64,000 nt of DNA from an uncultured Bifidobacteriaceae bacterium (GCA_964572965.1 CAZNHL010000005.1:39782-103781), one strand, 5' to 3'; shown: positions 34,731 through 43,409, numbered from the stretch's first letter. Notes: a model not told the origin generated them from the letters alone. A program made the numbers and translations.

Positions 34731-35603
34731 CTAAGTGTTAGTTACCGGTTTTAACGGACGGATGTATACCATCAGGAATATTATCAGCGAACCAATTATA
34801 GTAGACCAGATAAATATTTGAACTTCATCCTTCATACAGTCATCTAGAGATCTTTGATGGGTTATCAATATTGGCTGGCTGGATTTGTATTCATAGTTAG
34901 TTTTGGCAGCTTTATCATAGTATTCAATAGCGTCAATGGTATTGAGTTTTTCCAGATAATTAAACTCTGTTAGTCTTGTGTTTGTAAAGTTCCACCTTGA
35001 GTCGTTGTAAAACGTTTTTGTAGCCCAGGCTTGTTCATCTTCATTGAGAATTCCTTTAATTTTTTTAGTGTAAGTTAGCCCAAGCCAAGCTACCGGTGCT
35101 GTGTTTGGAGCATGGGAAATAGGAATTGTGTAATAAATAGTAATCTGAAAAGATTTGCCTCTTCCGTCTCCGATTGTATTAGTGGTATATGTTTTAGCAT
35201 TTAGTTTATTGAAATAAAGGCTGTCAATGTGAAAAAAGGAGTCTTCGGGAAACTTATTTATATCTCTGATGCTTTGCAACTGCCTGATAACTCTGGTTCT
35301 TGAAATTATGTATTCCTGCGCAGTAATCAGAGGTACTGTCATAATCAACATAATTATTATAGAGTAAAATGAGGTAAGTTTTGAGTTGTTATTGAAATCT
35401 AGTATTGAGAGTTTTGATTTAATGAATGTAATACTTATTACAAATGATATAAATAAAGGAATAAATGTTGTTGTATAAGAAGGATCTGTTGAGAGTAAAT
35501 GAAGTTTTATTATAAGTAGCCAGTTTAAAAACGAGTAAACTATAATTGTACTCACTATCATGAGAACAATAGGAAGAAGAACAGTATAGAATTTTACTTT
35601 CAT
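34731..35603 (-). CDS. Hypothetical membrane protein (290 aa, about 3 N-terminal TM plus 1 C-terminal TM)
   Basis: Long ORF with hydrophobic N- and C-termini and a central soluble region. Visibly AT-rich. No recognisable domain. Confidence 0.5.
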   Translation of the reverse strand: MKVKFYTVLLPIVLMIVSTIIVYSFLNWLLIIKLHLLSTDPSYTTTFIPLFISFVISITFIKSKLSILDFNNNSKLTSFYSIIIMLIMTVPLITAQEYIISRTRVIRQLQSIRDINKFPEDSFFHIDSLYFNKLNAKTYTTNTIGDGRGKSFQITIYYTIPISHAPNTAPVAWLGLTYTKKIKGILNEDEQAWATKTFYNDSRWNFTNTRLTEFNYLEKLNTIDAIEYYDKAAKTNYEYKSSQPILITHQRSLDDCMKDEVQIFIWSTIIGSLIIFLMVYIRPLKPVTNT

Positions 35604-35714
35604 TAGTTTTGTTAAGGAAATTGGAACTTCACGTAGTGAATCTAATAAAATAGTGTTCAGGAGGCAATTTTATTGATTACTTTGAACTTCTGTGGGTTCC
35701 GGTAAACCTTTAAA

Positions 35715-35766
35715 CCCGCCGCCACCTTGTGGGTTAACGTTCTGATGACTGATAATGGCGGACGGG
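35715..35766. other. GC-rich stem-loop in the divergent intergenic region
   Basis: cccgccgcca pairs with tggcgg(a)cggg: 10 bp, 9 of them G:C, with one bulge and a 31-nt loop. Nearby direct repeat tgtgggtt at 35690-35697 and 35728-35735. Confidence 0.4.
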
Positions 35767-35830
35767 CCATACATAATATTTCTTCACAATTTGATTTTGT
35801 AAAAAGCCGTGTGGTCAAGGGAAATCTTTG

Positions 35831-35838
35831 TACTTTTG
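35831..35838 (+). promoter_or_regulatory. Candidate -7 box for aguB
   Basis: TACTTTTG matches TAnnTTTG, 28 nt upstream of ATG 35866. No clear -33 element. Confidence 0.3.
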
Positions 35839-35865
35839 TGGCTTGAAAATTTCTCTGAAGTAAAC

Positions 35866-36741
35866 ATGAACAACTCAAAGAAGATCGTGAAAATAGGCAT
35901 GGTTCAGCTGACAAGCGAACAGGATGTGCTTAAGAACATGGAAAAGACTGCTCAGAAAGTACGCGAAATTGCTGATATGGGCGCTCAGATTATCTGTTTG
36001 CAGGAAATGTACAGAACGGATTATTTCTGTGATACTGAAAACTATGATAATTTTGACCTGGCTGAAACTATTCCGGGGCCTTCAACGGAAATGTTTTCTA
36101 AAATTGCGAAAGAAAAAGAGGTTGTGATCATTCTTCCTCTATTTGAAAAAAGAACCCAGGGTTTATACCATAACAGTGCGGTTGTAATTGATGCTGACGG
36201 GACTAATCTTGGTACATATAGAAAAATGCATATTCCTGATGATCCGGGCTTTTATGAGAAGTTTTACTTCACGCCGGGAGATTTAGGTTTCAAGGTTTTC
36301 AAAACACGTTATGCTACAATCGGTACTTTGATCTGCTGGGATCAGTGGTATCCTGAAGGAGCACGTATCACGTCATTGATGGGCGCTCAGATTTTGTTCT
36401 ATCCAACGGCTATCGGCTGGGCTAAAGACGAAGTTCAGGAAGTGAAAAATACACAACAGGGTGCCTGGGAAGCTGCTCAGCGTGGCCATAGTATTGCTAA
36501 TGGTGTGTTCGTTTGCGCGGTTAACCGTACCGGGCATGAAAATGGTATTGATTTCTGGGGTAACAGCTTTGTTTACAATCCTACAGGTAAGTTGAAAGCA
36601 AAAACATCTGCCGACAAAGAAGAATTGCTTGTGGTTGAGTGTGACCTGGCAGAAATTGATTTCTACCGTGTTCACTGGCCGTTCCTGCGCGACCGCAGAA
36701 TTGATGCTTTCGGCGACATTACTAAACGTTATATTGATTAA
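35866..36741 (+). CDS. aguB: N-carbamoylputrescine amidase (nitrilase superfamily)
   Basis: The ORF track starts at 35809; ATG 35866 gives MNNSKKIVKIGMVQL. E-K-C triad contexts (CLQEMY, YRKMHIP, LICWDQWYPE). Adjacent to aguA. Confidence 0.85.
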   Translation: MNNSKKIVKIGMVQLTSEQDVLKNMEKTAQKVREIADMGAQIICLQEMYRTDYFCDTENYDNFDLAETIPGPSTEMFSKIAKEKEVVIILPLFEKRTQGLYHNSAVVIDADGTNLGTYRKMHIPDDPGFYEKFYFTPGDLGFKVFKTRYATIGTLICWDQWYPEGARITSLMGAQILFYPTAIGWAKDEVQEVKNTQQGAWEAAQRGHSIANGVFVCAVNRTGHENGIDFWGNSFVYNPTGKLKAKTSADKEELLVVECDLAEIDFYRVHWPFLRDRRIDAFGDITKRYID

Positions 36742-36756
36742 TATACTCCCGCTGAA

Positions 36757-36804
36757 CTCGCAGAATTACGCAGACCATTTGAATCTTCTGCGCAATTTTG
36801 CGAG
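36757..36804. repeat. REP-like 18-bp hairpin between aguB and aguA
   Basis: ctcgcagaattacgcaga / tctgcgcaattttgcgag (one mismatch, one G:U), followed by atctgcggg. The atctgcgg motif also occurs in the MITE-like copies. Confidence 0.55.
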
Positions 36805-36833
36805 ATCTGCGGGATTTTTATTTTATTAGAAAA

Positions 36834-37877
36834 ATGATTGTATCTCCAAGTCCTTCAGAATTAGGCTACAGAATGCCTGCTGAATGGGAAGAACATAAAG
36901 CAACGTGGTTGTCGTGGCCACACAAGCTGGAAAGCTGGCCTGATAAGTTTGAGCCGGTACCTTATGTGTTTGTTGAAATGGTAAAACATTTACACAAATA
37001 TGAGCATGTAAACATCAACGTGAAAAACGAAGAAATGCAGGCTCAGGTGGCTGGTTTGTTGAAAGATGGCGGCGTGGATATGAACGCTGTTACGCTGCAC
37101 CTGATTCCAACTAATGATGCATGGTGTCGTGACCACGGCCCGATGTTTATCAAGAACGCGGCAGGCGACCGTCAGATTGTTGACTGGGGCTACAATGCCT
37201 GGGGTGGTAAATATCCTCCTTTCGACCTGGACGATGTGGTGCCTACACGTATTGCAGAGAAATACGGGATGAAAGTGTACCATCCGGGTATTGTGATGGA
37301 AGGCGGTTCTATTGACCTGAACGGAAAAGGGACTTTGCTGACTTCTAAAGCCTGTCTTTTGAATGAAAACAGAAATCCGCATTTGACTAAAGAGCAAATT
37401 GAAGATTATCTGAAAGCGTATCTGGGTGTTACGAATATTCTTTGGGTAGGAGATGGCATTATAGGTGATGATACTGATGGTCACATTGATGATATCAGCC
37501 GTTTTGTGAATCCTACAACCATTGTAACGGTTGTTGAAGAGAATCAGGAAGACGAAAATTACGAGATATTACAGGAGAATCTGGAATTGTTGAAAGGCTT
37601 CAAAGATCAGGATGGTAATCCGATTAAGATTGTAACACTGCCAATGCCGGCTCCGGTTTATTTTGACGATACTCGTTTGCCGGCAAGTTATGCCAACTTC
37701 TACATTGCAAATAAAGTAGTGTTGGTGCCAACTTATCGTGATGAGAAGAACGATCAAATTGCACTGGATATATTACAAGGCTTATTCCCAGACCGTAAAG
37801 TGGTAGGTATAGATTCTACTGACCTGGTTTGGGGTTTGGGGTCTTTCCATTGTGTAACGCAGCAGGAACCGGCGTAA
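36834..37877 (+). CDS. aguA: Agmatine deiminase
   Basis: The ORF track starts at 36798; ATG 36834 gives MIVSPSPSELGYRMPAEWEEH. DAWCRDHGP; DGHIDD; C-terminal GSFHCVTQQEP (catalytic Cys). Confidence 0.9.
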   Translation: MIVSPSPSELGYRMPAEWEEHKATWLSWPHKLESWPDKFEPVPYVFVEMVKHLHKYEHVNINVKNEEMQAQVAGLLKDGGVDMNAVTLHLIPTNDAWCRDHGPMFIKNAAGDRQIVDWGYNAWGGKYPPFDLDDVVPTRIAEKYGMKVYHPGIVMEGGSIDLNGKGTLLTSKACLLNENRNPHLTKEQIEDYLKAYLGVTNILWVGDGIIGDDTDGHIDDISRFVNPTTIVTVVEENQEDENYEILQENLELLKGFKDQDGNPIKIVTLPMPAPVYFDDTRLPASYANFYIANKVVLVPTYRDEKNDQIALDILQGLFPDRKVVGIDSTDLVWGLGSFHCVTQQEPA

Positions 37878-37893
37878 TTTTAGTTTCATGTTA

Positions 37894-37927
37894 CGTGTTA
37901 CTTGTTAAGAGCTCAATAAGTAACACG
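37894..37927. terminator. Bidirectional hairpin terminator
   Basis: cgtgttactt / aagtaacacg with a 14-nt loop, between convergent aguA and the 165-aa gene. Confidence 0.55.
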
Positions 37928-37933
37928 CAACAT

Positions 37934-37975
37934 TTAATCCCACCAAAGGTACAAACGCCCGTTGGTGTTTTGCAT
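37934..37975 (-). repeat. 42-bp relic copy of the 3' end of the 38482-39132 gene
   Basis: ttaatcccaccaaaggtacaaacgcccgttggtgttttgcat versus 38482-38523. There are 3 differences, all third-codon-position and synonymous; both encode MQNTNGRLYLWWD-stop. Confidence 0.8.
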
Positions 37976-38472
37976 TAATCTTCTTTCCTTTTCAGTGTTA
38001 ACTTTACTGACGTTTTTTTTCGCGGATTGACTAATGTGAGTTTATCATTGTTTACAGAGAACAGGTAATAACATCTAAACTCAAAATGGCTACTTTTAAG
38101 GAATAGTGTATCATTGCTGATGGAATAGCCACATTTGGCGGTTATTGATTCTTCCTTTTTTTCTCCTTCAGGAATAACTTTTACAGTTACTCTTTCATGA
38201 ATATACTTTTTACAAGTATCACTTTTTGATTCGATCTCTTCGAAAGCACAGTAATAAGATAAAGTCAAAGGTCGAAGTCCTCTGATTTTTGTTTTTAATG
38301 TGCCTTTTGGAGTAAAAAGATAATAGCCTTTGGAAGATATATTATTAAGCGTCCTATTGTTATCAAAGTAGACGGAATCTAATTCCCATTTTCCTTCTAA
38401 AGAATTTTGAGCAAATACAGACGAAACGCTACCCAATATAAATGAGAGAAAAAGCGTAATTCTAAAACACAT
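37975..38472 (-). CDS. Hypothetical secreted lipocalin-like protein (165 aa)
   Basis: Signal peptide (SSVFAQ) and a GKWELDSVYF start typical of lipocalin-like domains. AT-rich. Confidence 0.45.
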   Translation of the reverse strand: MCFRITLFLSFILGSVSSVFAQNSLEGKWELDSVYFDNNRTLNNISSKGYYLFTPKGTLKTKIRGLRPLTLSYYCAFEEIESKSDTCKKYIHERVTVKVIPEGEKKEESITAKCGYSISNDTLFLKSSHFEFRCYYLFSVNNDKLTLVNPRKKTSVKLTLKRKED

Positions 38473-38481
38473 ATAAGAAAA

Positions 38482-39132
38482 TTAATCCCACCAAAGATAT
38501 AAGCGCCCGTTGGTGTTTTGCATCTCCATTTTGATAACATCTTTATTGCCTGTACTTTGGTCTACAATGTCGGGACAGAACGCATAGACATCTTTGATAA
38601 ATGTGTCGAGGTCAGCAGGCATGGTGGTGAATTTGAGTTCTATCCAGTCTGAACTGGCACCTAGAACTACAAAGTCATTTGCTGTTTTCCAATTGCTTAG
38701 TTTTGTAATAATGGCATTGTTATCAAGACCATAGTTAAATCCATTGGTTTGTCTGAATTTGATAATTTCAAGGTCATTTGCGCCTTTAATTGTGGCAAGA
38801 TATCTTTTAGAATTATTTTCTTCCAGTACAAATATCAGGTAACCATTAGCTCTGAATTTATCTTTCAGTTTTAAGACACTTTCAAAACCTGATTCATCTG
38901 TAATCTGGCTGTAATAGCCTTGTGCTTTGGTGTCAAGCACCTCACCAAGTTTGTTGATCCATGGGATCTGTTTGACAGGTTGTCTGGTTTCTCTTTTAAG
39001 ATCTTCGGCAATTCCTTTGTCCAGTTGTAATGAATCGACTAAAGCGAGTTCTTCTTTGGTTAAAGGGTTTTTGTTATTAAAGCAGGATGTGAGAATAAAA
39101 ACACTCAGCGATAGGGTTAATAAATATTTCAT
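38482..39132 (-). CDS. Hypothetical lipoprotein, DUF4253-like C-terminal region
   Basis: 216 aa. Lipobox LTSC. The C-terminal part (..SDWIELKFTTMPADLDTFIKDVYAFCPDIVDQ) resembles DUF4253 as I recall it. Confidence 0.45.
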   Translation of the reverse strand: MKYLLTLSLSVFILTSCFNNKNPLTKEELALVDSLQLDKGIAEDLKRETRQPVKQIPWINKLGEVLDTKAQGYYSQITDESGFESVLKLKDKFRANGYLIFVLEENNSKRYLATIKGANDLEIIKFRQTNGFNYGLDNNAIITKLSNWKTANDFVVLGASSDWIELKFTTMPADLDTFIKDVYAFCPDIVDQSTGNKDVIKMEMQNTNGRLYLWWD

Positions 39133-39134
39133 GG

Positions 39135-39650
39135 TTAAAAGGTTTGTGCTAATGGTTTAGAGATGATCTGTAGCTCTCGTTTAGTATAATCATGTATTTC
39201 GCAGTTTAATAACTCTGCCAATGCTTTTGCTTTATTGAAACATTCTGATGATGTAAGGCTGATATATATAGGAATCTGGATTTCTTTATGGTGACAAAAC
39301 AAAATAACTTTTGTTGAAGCTGTAGCGATTGTGCCTGATGATATAATTCCCCCATATGACAGACCGAAAGCACTGGCAGATCTGGTAATATAAAGATAAT
39401 CAACGGAAGGTAGTTTGGTCCAATTGCCTGAACGTATTCCAAAAGTACTTTTATAGACACGGAACTCACCAGTTGATGGGTTATATTCAAAACCGTTATG
39501 AGCACTAATAGTATAAAAAGGTAATAGTGTGAAAATAATGATAACCAATAGGTTTCCATCGCTGGCACCAATAGCTGCAAAGGTTAAAAGTATTGGGATG
39601 AAACGGATACTTTGTGAAAAAGTGTTTGAGATTTTGGAAGAAAAATTCAT
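39135..39650 (-). CDS. Hypothetical membrane protein (171 aa)
   Basis: Two N-terminal TM helices. The stop lies 2 nt before the next gene's start, which suggests an operon. Confidence 0.45.
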   Translation of the reverse strand: MNFSSKISNTFSQSIRFIPILLTFAAIGASDGNLLVIIIFTLLPFYTISAHNGFEYNPSTGEFRVYKSTFGIRSGNWTKLPSVDYLYITRSASAFGLSYGGIISSGTIATASTKVILFCHHKEIQIPIYISLTSSECFNKAKALAELLNCEIHDYTKRELQIISKPLAQTF

Positions 39651-39657
39651 TGTTAAT

Positions 39658-39703
39658 AGTATTAATCAATCTAAAATAAGAAGTTTTTAGATTGATTAAT
39701 ACT
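39658..39703. terminator. 19-bp perfect hairpin after the MFS gene
   Basis: agtattaatcaatctaaaa / ttttagattgattaatact with an 8-nt loop. Confidence 0.65.
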
Positions 39704-39732
39704 AAATCTTATCTATACGAATGATTAATGTA

Positions 39733-40923
39733 TCATACTTCTTTCTTCAGGTTAGGGAGTAAAATAGTCAGCAACCCGAGTAACGGAAGATAAGATGTAA
39801 GGTGTATGACAAAGTCAATGCTTGTATGGTCGGCAATGTAGCCAAGTCCGGCAGCACCAATACCACCTAAACCGAATGCGAGTCCGAAGAAAAGCCCGGC
39901 AATCATCCCAATTTTACCCGGCATCAGTTCCTGTGCATAAACGAGTATTGCAGAAAATGCAGAGGAAATGATCAAGCCGATTAATGCACTTAATACTGCC
40001 GTCCAGAATTCATTGGCATAAGGTAAAAGCAATGTGAACGGTGCGCTTCCAAGTATTGAAAACCAGATGACATACTTTCTGTTGAAGCGGTCCCCGATCG
40101 GCCCTCCCAAAATAGTACCTGCCGCACTTGAGGCAAGAAATATAAACAAGTATAATTGCGACTCCTTAATGCTTACTCCAAAATGCTCGATCATATAGAA
40201 TGTCAGGTAATTATTGATACTTGATATGTAAATGTATTTTGAGAAAATAAGGGTAATCAATACTGTCATAGCAATGATCACTTGTTTCTGAGAAACAGGA
40301 CTTGCTGTACTCGGTGCCGCCTTTTTCTTGTTTTTTATCTCGGAGAGGTGGTTACTGTACCACTTAGCCACTTTCATTTGTACTACAATAGCAATAATTG
40401 CTAGTAGAGCGACCCAAATAATACCTGTTTGGCCTTGCGGAGCAATGAACAATGCAACCACTAATGGAGAAATTGCTGTTCCTGCATTACCTCCTAATTG
40501 AAAGATTGACTGAGCAAGCCCTCTCTTTGCTCCGCCAGATGCCAGATAAGTAACACGTGATGCTTCCGGATGAAAAATGGCAGAGCCAATTCCTATAATT
40601 GCCACAGAACCAATCATCATGATGTAGGTTGGTGAAAAAGACAGTAATATAATACCTAAAAGAGAAGAGCACATTCCTATAGGTAAGAGGTATGGTTGCG
40701 GATGCTTATCCGCATAAAATCCTACCAGAGGCTGTAATAATGATGCTGTCAGGTTAATAGCCAGAGTAATGAGGCCAATTTGAGTATAATTCAGTTGCAG
40801 GGCTTCTTTAAAAACCGGATACATTGCCGGTACTGAAGCCTGAATGGCATCGTTTAACAAATGTACCAGGCTGATAGAAAAGATAATTGAGAATACAGCC
40901 CCTGTTTCATCTTTTTGTTGCAT
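39733..40923 (-). CDS. MFS transporter (Fsr-like)
   Basis: 396 aa, about 12 TM, with Gly-rich loops typical of the major facilitator superfamily. Confidence 0.85.
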   Translation of the reverse strand: MQQKDETGAVFSIIFSISLVHLLNDAIQASVPAMYPVFKEALQLNYTQIGLITLAINLTASLLQPLVGFYADKHPQPYLLPIGMCSSLLGIILLSFSPTYIMMIGSVAIIGIGSAIFHPEASRVTYLASGGAKRGLAQSIFQLGGNAGTAISPLVVALFIAPQGQTGIIWVALLAIIAIVVQMKVAKWYSNHLSEIKNKKKAAPSTASPVSQKQVIIAMTVLITLIFSKYIYISSINNYLTFYMIEHFGVSIKESQLYLFIFLASSAAGTILGGPIGDRFNRKYVIWFSILGSAPFTLLLPYANEFWTAVLSALIGLIISSAFSAILVYAQELMPGKIGMIAGLFFGLAFGLGGIGAAGLGYIADHTSIDFVIHLTSYLPLLGLLTILLPNLKKEV

Positions 40924-40938
40924 AATTTTGTGTTTTAG

Positions 40939-40953
40939 ATCAGATCATCTGAT
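40939..40953. promoter_or_regulatory. 15-bp perfect palindrome, candidate GntR/FadR-type operator (site 1)
   Basis: ATCAGATcATCTGAT, 16 nt upstream of the MFS ATG. It shares the 16-mer agatcatctgatgttt with 41644-41659. Confidence 0.4.
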
Positions 40954-40970
40954 GTTTTTGAATACATATT

Positions 40971-41642
40971 TTATGAATCTTTGGCAAGGATCTCTAAAAT
41001 TATTGAAGCTGCTGTATCTCCATTGCCGTCAGCAATAGCTTTATACACGGCTTCGTGTTGCGCATGGCTTCTCTTATAAGCTTCTGCAGTAGTAAAATGC
41101 TGCACAAACGACTCTTTTAAAACCAAGGCAAATGCTTTATACAAATCGGTCAATACCGGATTATTACAGGCATTGGCTATTTCCATATGAAATGCAATAT
41201 CAACATCTACACATTTCTTCGGGTCATTGGCTTCTATTGCCTGCAAACGCTGCAGCAGGCATTTCTGCATTTCCTTCAGATTTTCTTCTGTGCGGAATTT
41301 TGCTGCCTTTTTAATGATAGAAACTTCCAGAATACTCCTTACTTCTGAAATGTCTTTCAATTCAGACCGTCTCAATCTTTGATCAAGAGGCTCTGATATG
41401 GCTTTTTCAGAACTTACAAATGTTCCTAAACCTTGCTGAACTTTCAGTATTCCGGCGTTGGAAAGTGTCTTTATAGCTTCTCTGATAGATGATCTTCCAA
41501 CTCCCAATTGTTCCATCAATTCCGGTTCAGTCGGTATCTTTTCTCCGGTTTTATACAGGCCGGTCGTGATACGCCTTTGCAGTTCAGTTGCTACCTGATC
41601 GGCAAGTTTGGAGGGTTTTATTTGAATGAAGTTTTTTGACAT
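40971..41642 (-). CDS. GntR-family regulator with FCD (FadR C-terminal) domain
   Basis: The ORF track extends to 41681; ATG 41642 gives MSKNFIQIKPS. HTH KIPTEPELMEQLGVGRSSIREAIKTL, followed by a helical FCD-like C-terminus. Confidence 0.85.
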   Translation of the reverse strand: MSKNFIQIKPSKLADQVATELQRRITTGLYKTGEKIPTEPELMEQLGVGRSSIREAIKTLSNAGILKVQQGLGTFVSSEKAISEPLDQRLRRSELKDISEVRSILEVSIIKKAAKFRTEENLKEMQKCLLQRLQAIEANDPKKCVDVDIAFHMEIANACNNPVLTDLYKAFALVLKESFVQHFTTAEAYKRSHAQHEAVYKAIADGNGDTAASIILEILAKDS

Positions 41643-41643
41643 G

Positions 41644-41659
41644 AGATCATCTGATGTTT
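41644..41659. promoter_or_regulatory. Second copy of the operator-like 16-mer (site 2)
   Basis: agatcatctgatgttt abuts the preferred regulator start codon. Confidence 0.35.
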
Positions 41660-41705
41660 GTAAATGTAGGACAAAATTCAAAAGATGAAAAGCTATTCCC
41701 GAAAA

Positions 41706-43307
41706 TTATTGACTTGCTTCAGAAGAGAGTTTTTGGTATACGCCATTAGTCCAGCCGAAGCCATCCTGGTTGGGATATTCACCACCGCCACCTTCTTTTC
41801 CCGGGTTTTCTACATTATACTTTTCAGACATAATATAGCTGTTATCATAAGCCTGTTTATTTAAATTAAGCCAGCGTTCTTTAATGTCATTTGCCAATTG
41901 CCTGTGCTCATATTTTCTTAATGCTTCAATACATATCCAATGTAATGGCGCCCAGCCATTAGGTGAATCCCATTGCTGATTTGTTTTGTTTACCGTGCAG
42001 ACTAATCCTCCTGTTTTCAGAAATGATTGTTTTAATTTAACAGCAACGGACTTTGCTTGTTCCTGATTAGCTATTCCAATAAATAATGGGAATACACCTG
42101 CCAGTGAGTAGACTTCTGTCTGTTGGTTTTTAACAAAATCATAATCCATAAAAAAGCCTTTTGATGCATTCCAGCAATATTTTAGAATGGCTTGTTTGCG
42201 GAGTGAAGCTTGGTTTTCATATTGTCGGGCCAGATTTTGATTGTTTGTTTGAATATAGCATTTGGCCAGGGTTGTTTCTAAATGGTAGAGCAGGCAGTTG
42301 AGATCTACAGGAATAATATCTGTCGTATGAATTGTAGAAAGGTGGTACTGGTTTACTGAATCAGGGCTTAGCCATCGGCTGGAGAAATCCCAACCTGATT
42401 CTGCAGCGGCACGAATGTGTCTGTAAACATCTTCTTTGTTTGTGCCGGTTGCTTCTTTTGCCGTTTTCAGGTCTTCAAGATAACTTTCAGCCCGGGGAGT
42501 TGCGCTATCATCAAAATAGCGGTTAAGTACGTAACCGTCAGAAAGTTTAATTACTCTTCGAAATACATTTTTATTTTCGTTCAATTGATCTGCTCCGTCC
42601 ATCCAGAATTTGTATTCTTTTTCAATTGCCGGAAGGTATTTAGGATAAACAGAATTCCCCTCAGAGCTTGCCAGCAAGTCAACCATCATGGCAAAGAAGG
42701 GAGGTTGTGATCTTGTTAAATAATAAGTTCTGTTGCCATTGGGGATAAAGCCATATTGCGTAATCAGGTGGTTGAAATTTTCAACCATGTGTTCAATGGT
42801 TTCTAGCTGGTTATCAGTTTTTAATCCCAGCATTGTGAAATAGCTGTCCCAGTAATAAATTTCTCTGAATCTGCCTCCGGGAACAACATATGGGTAAGGA
42901 AGAGGAATTAATGTTCCAGAGGCGGGTTTGTCGGCAGGACGTTTTAAAACTGTCCATAGTTTTGCGATATGTTCATTGATAGATGCCGAATCTGTAACAT
43001 AGTCAGATTCATTCACAGGCATGAGGAAATTGTTTTTGAGAAAAAGCATCAGTGAAGAATCTGATTTGTCTTTCAGAGCCAGATAATCATTGACAATTGA
43101 TGAAACATCTCTTTTGGGAATACAGTCAACAAATGTTTTGCTATCCGAGAAAAGATTTGTTCTTGATTGGACATCATAAAATAGCTGTCCGTAAAGAGAT
43201 TCCGGCGTTGCTATATTGAATGCCTCTTTAGGATTTGCGTTTTTGACACAATTGCTAAGAAGAAGACTAATTGTGATGAAGGTAAAAATGTGAAGTCGTC
43301 TATACAT
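41706..43307 (-). CDS. treA: Periplasmic alpha,alpha-trehalase (GH37)
   Basis: 533 aa. Signal peptide; GH37 signatures PGGRFREIYYWDSY and QWDSPNGWAPL. Confidence 0.9.
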   Translation of the reverse strand: MYRRLHIFTFITISLLLSNCVKNANPKEAFNIATPESLYGQLFYDVQSRTNLFSDSKTFVDCIPKRDVSSIVNDYLALKDKSDSSLMLFLKNNFLMPVNESDYVTDSASINEHIAKLWTVLKRPADKPASGTLIPLPYPYVVPGGRFREIYYWDSYFTMLGLKTDNQLETIEHMVENFNHLITQYGFIPNGNRTYYLTRSQPPFFAMMVDLLASSEGNSVYPKYLPAIEKEYKFWMDGADQLNENKNVFRRVIKLSDGYVLNRYFDDSATPRAESYLEDLKTAKEATGTNKEDVYRHIRAAAESGWDFSSRWLSPDSVNQYHLSTIHTTDIIPVDLNCLLYHLETTLAKCYIQTNNQNLARQYENQASLRKQAILKYCWNASKGFFMDYDFVKNQQTEVYSLAGVFPLFIGIANQEQAKSVAVKLKQSFLKTGGLVCTVNKTNQQWDSPNGWAPLHWICIEALRKYEHRQLANDIKERWLNLNKQAYDNSYIMSEKYNVENPGKEGGGGEYPNQDGFGWTNGVYQKLSSEASQ

Positions 43308-43367
43308 ACTTAAAAGTCAGGGCTCTTAAGTATAAGTTAACGAAATAATTTTAGGGGTGAAAGTACT

Positions 43368-43409
43368 AAATGTATAAAGCCGGGCTAAATACACAGGCTT
43401 TATACATTT
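43368..43409. terminator. 14-bp perfect hairpin terminator
   Basis: aaatgtataaagcc / ggctttatacattt, just downstream of the minus-strand stop at 43424. Confidence 0.65.

Noticed and set aside
35657-35914. 85-aa minus-strand ORF across the aguB upstream region.
   Set aside because: It overlaps the aguB start and promoter. The product is Cys/Ser/Leu-rich with no features. The region is better explained by the GC-rich stem-loop.
36990-37484. 164-aa ORF antisense to aguA, and likewise 51676-52164 antisense to nuoG.
   Set aside because: The sense strands encode unmistakable enzymes. The antisense products have no protein-like features.
37934-39650. A mobile element or prophage remnant explaining the AT-rich block.
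   Set aside because: There is no integrase, transposase, tRNA attachment site or terminal inverted repeats. Only the 42-bp duplicated gene end is seen, which fits paralogue decay rather than transposition.
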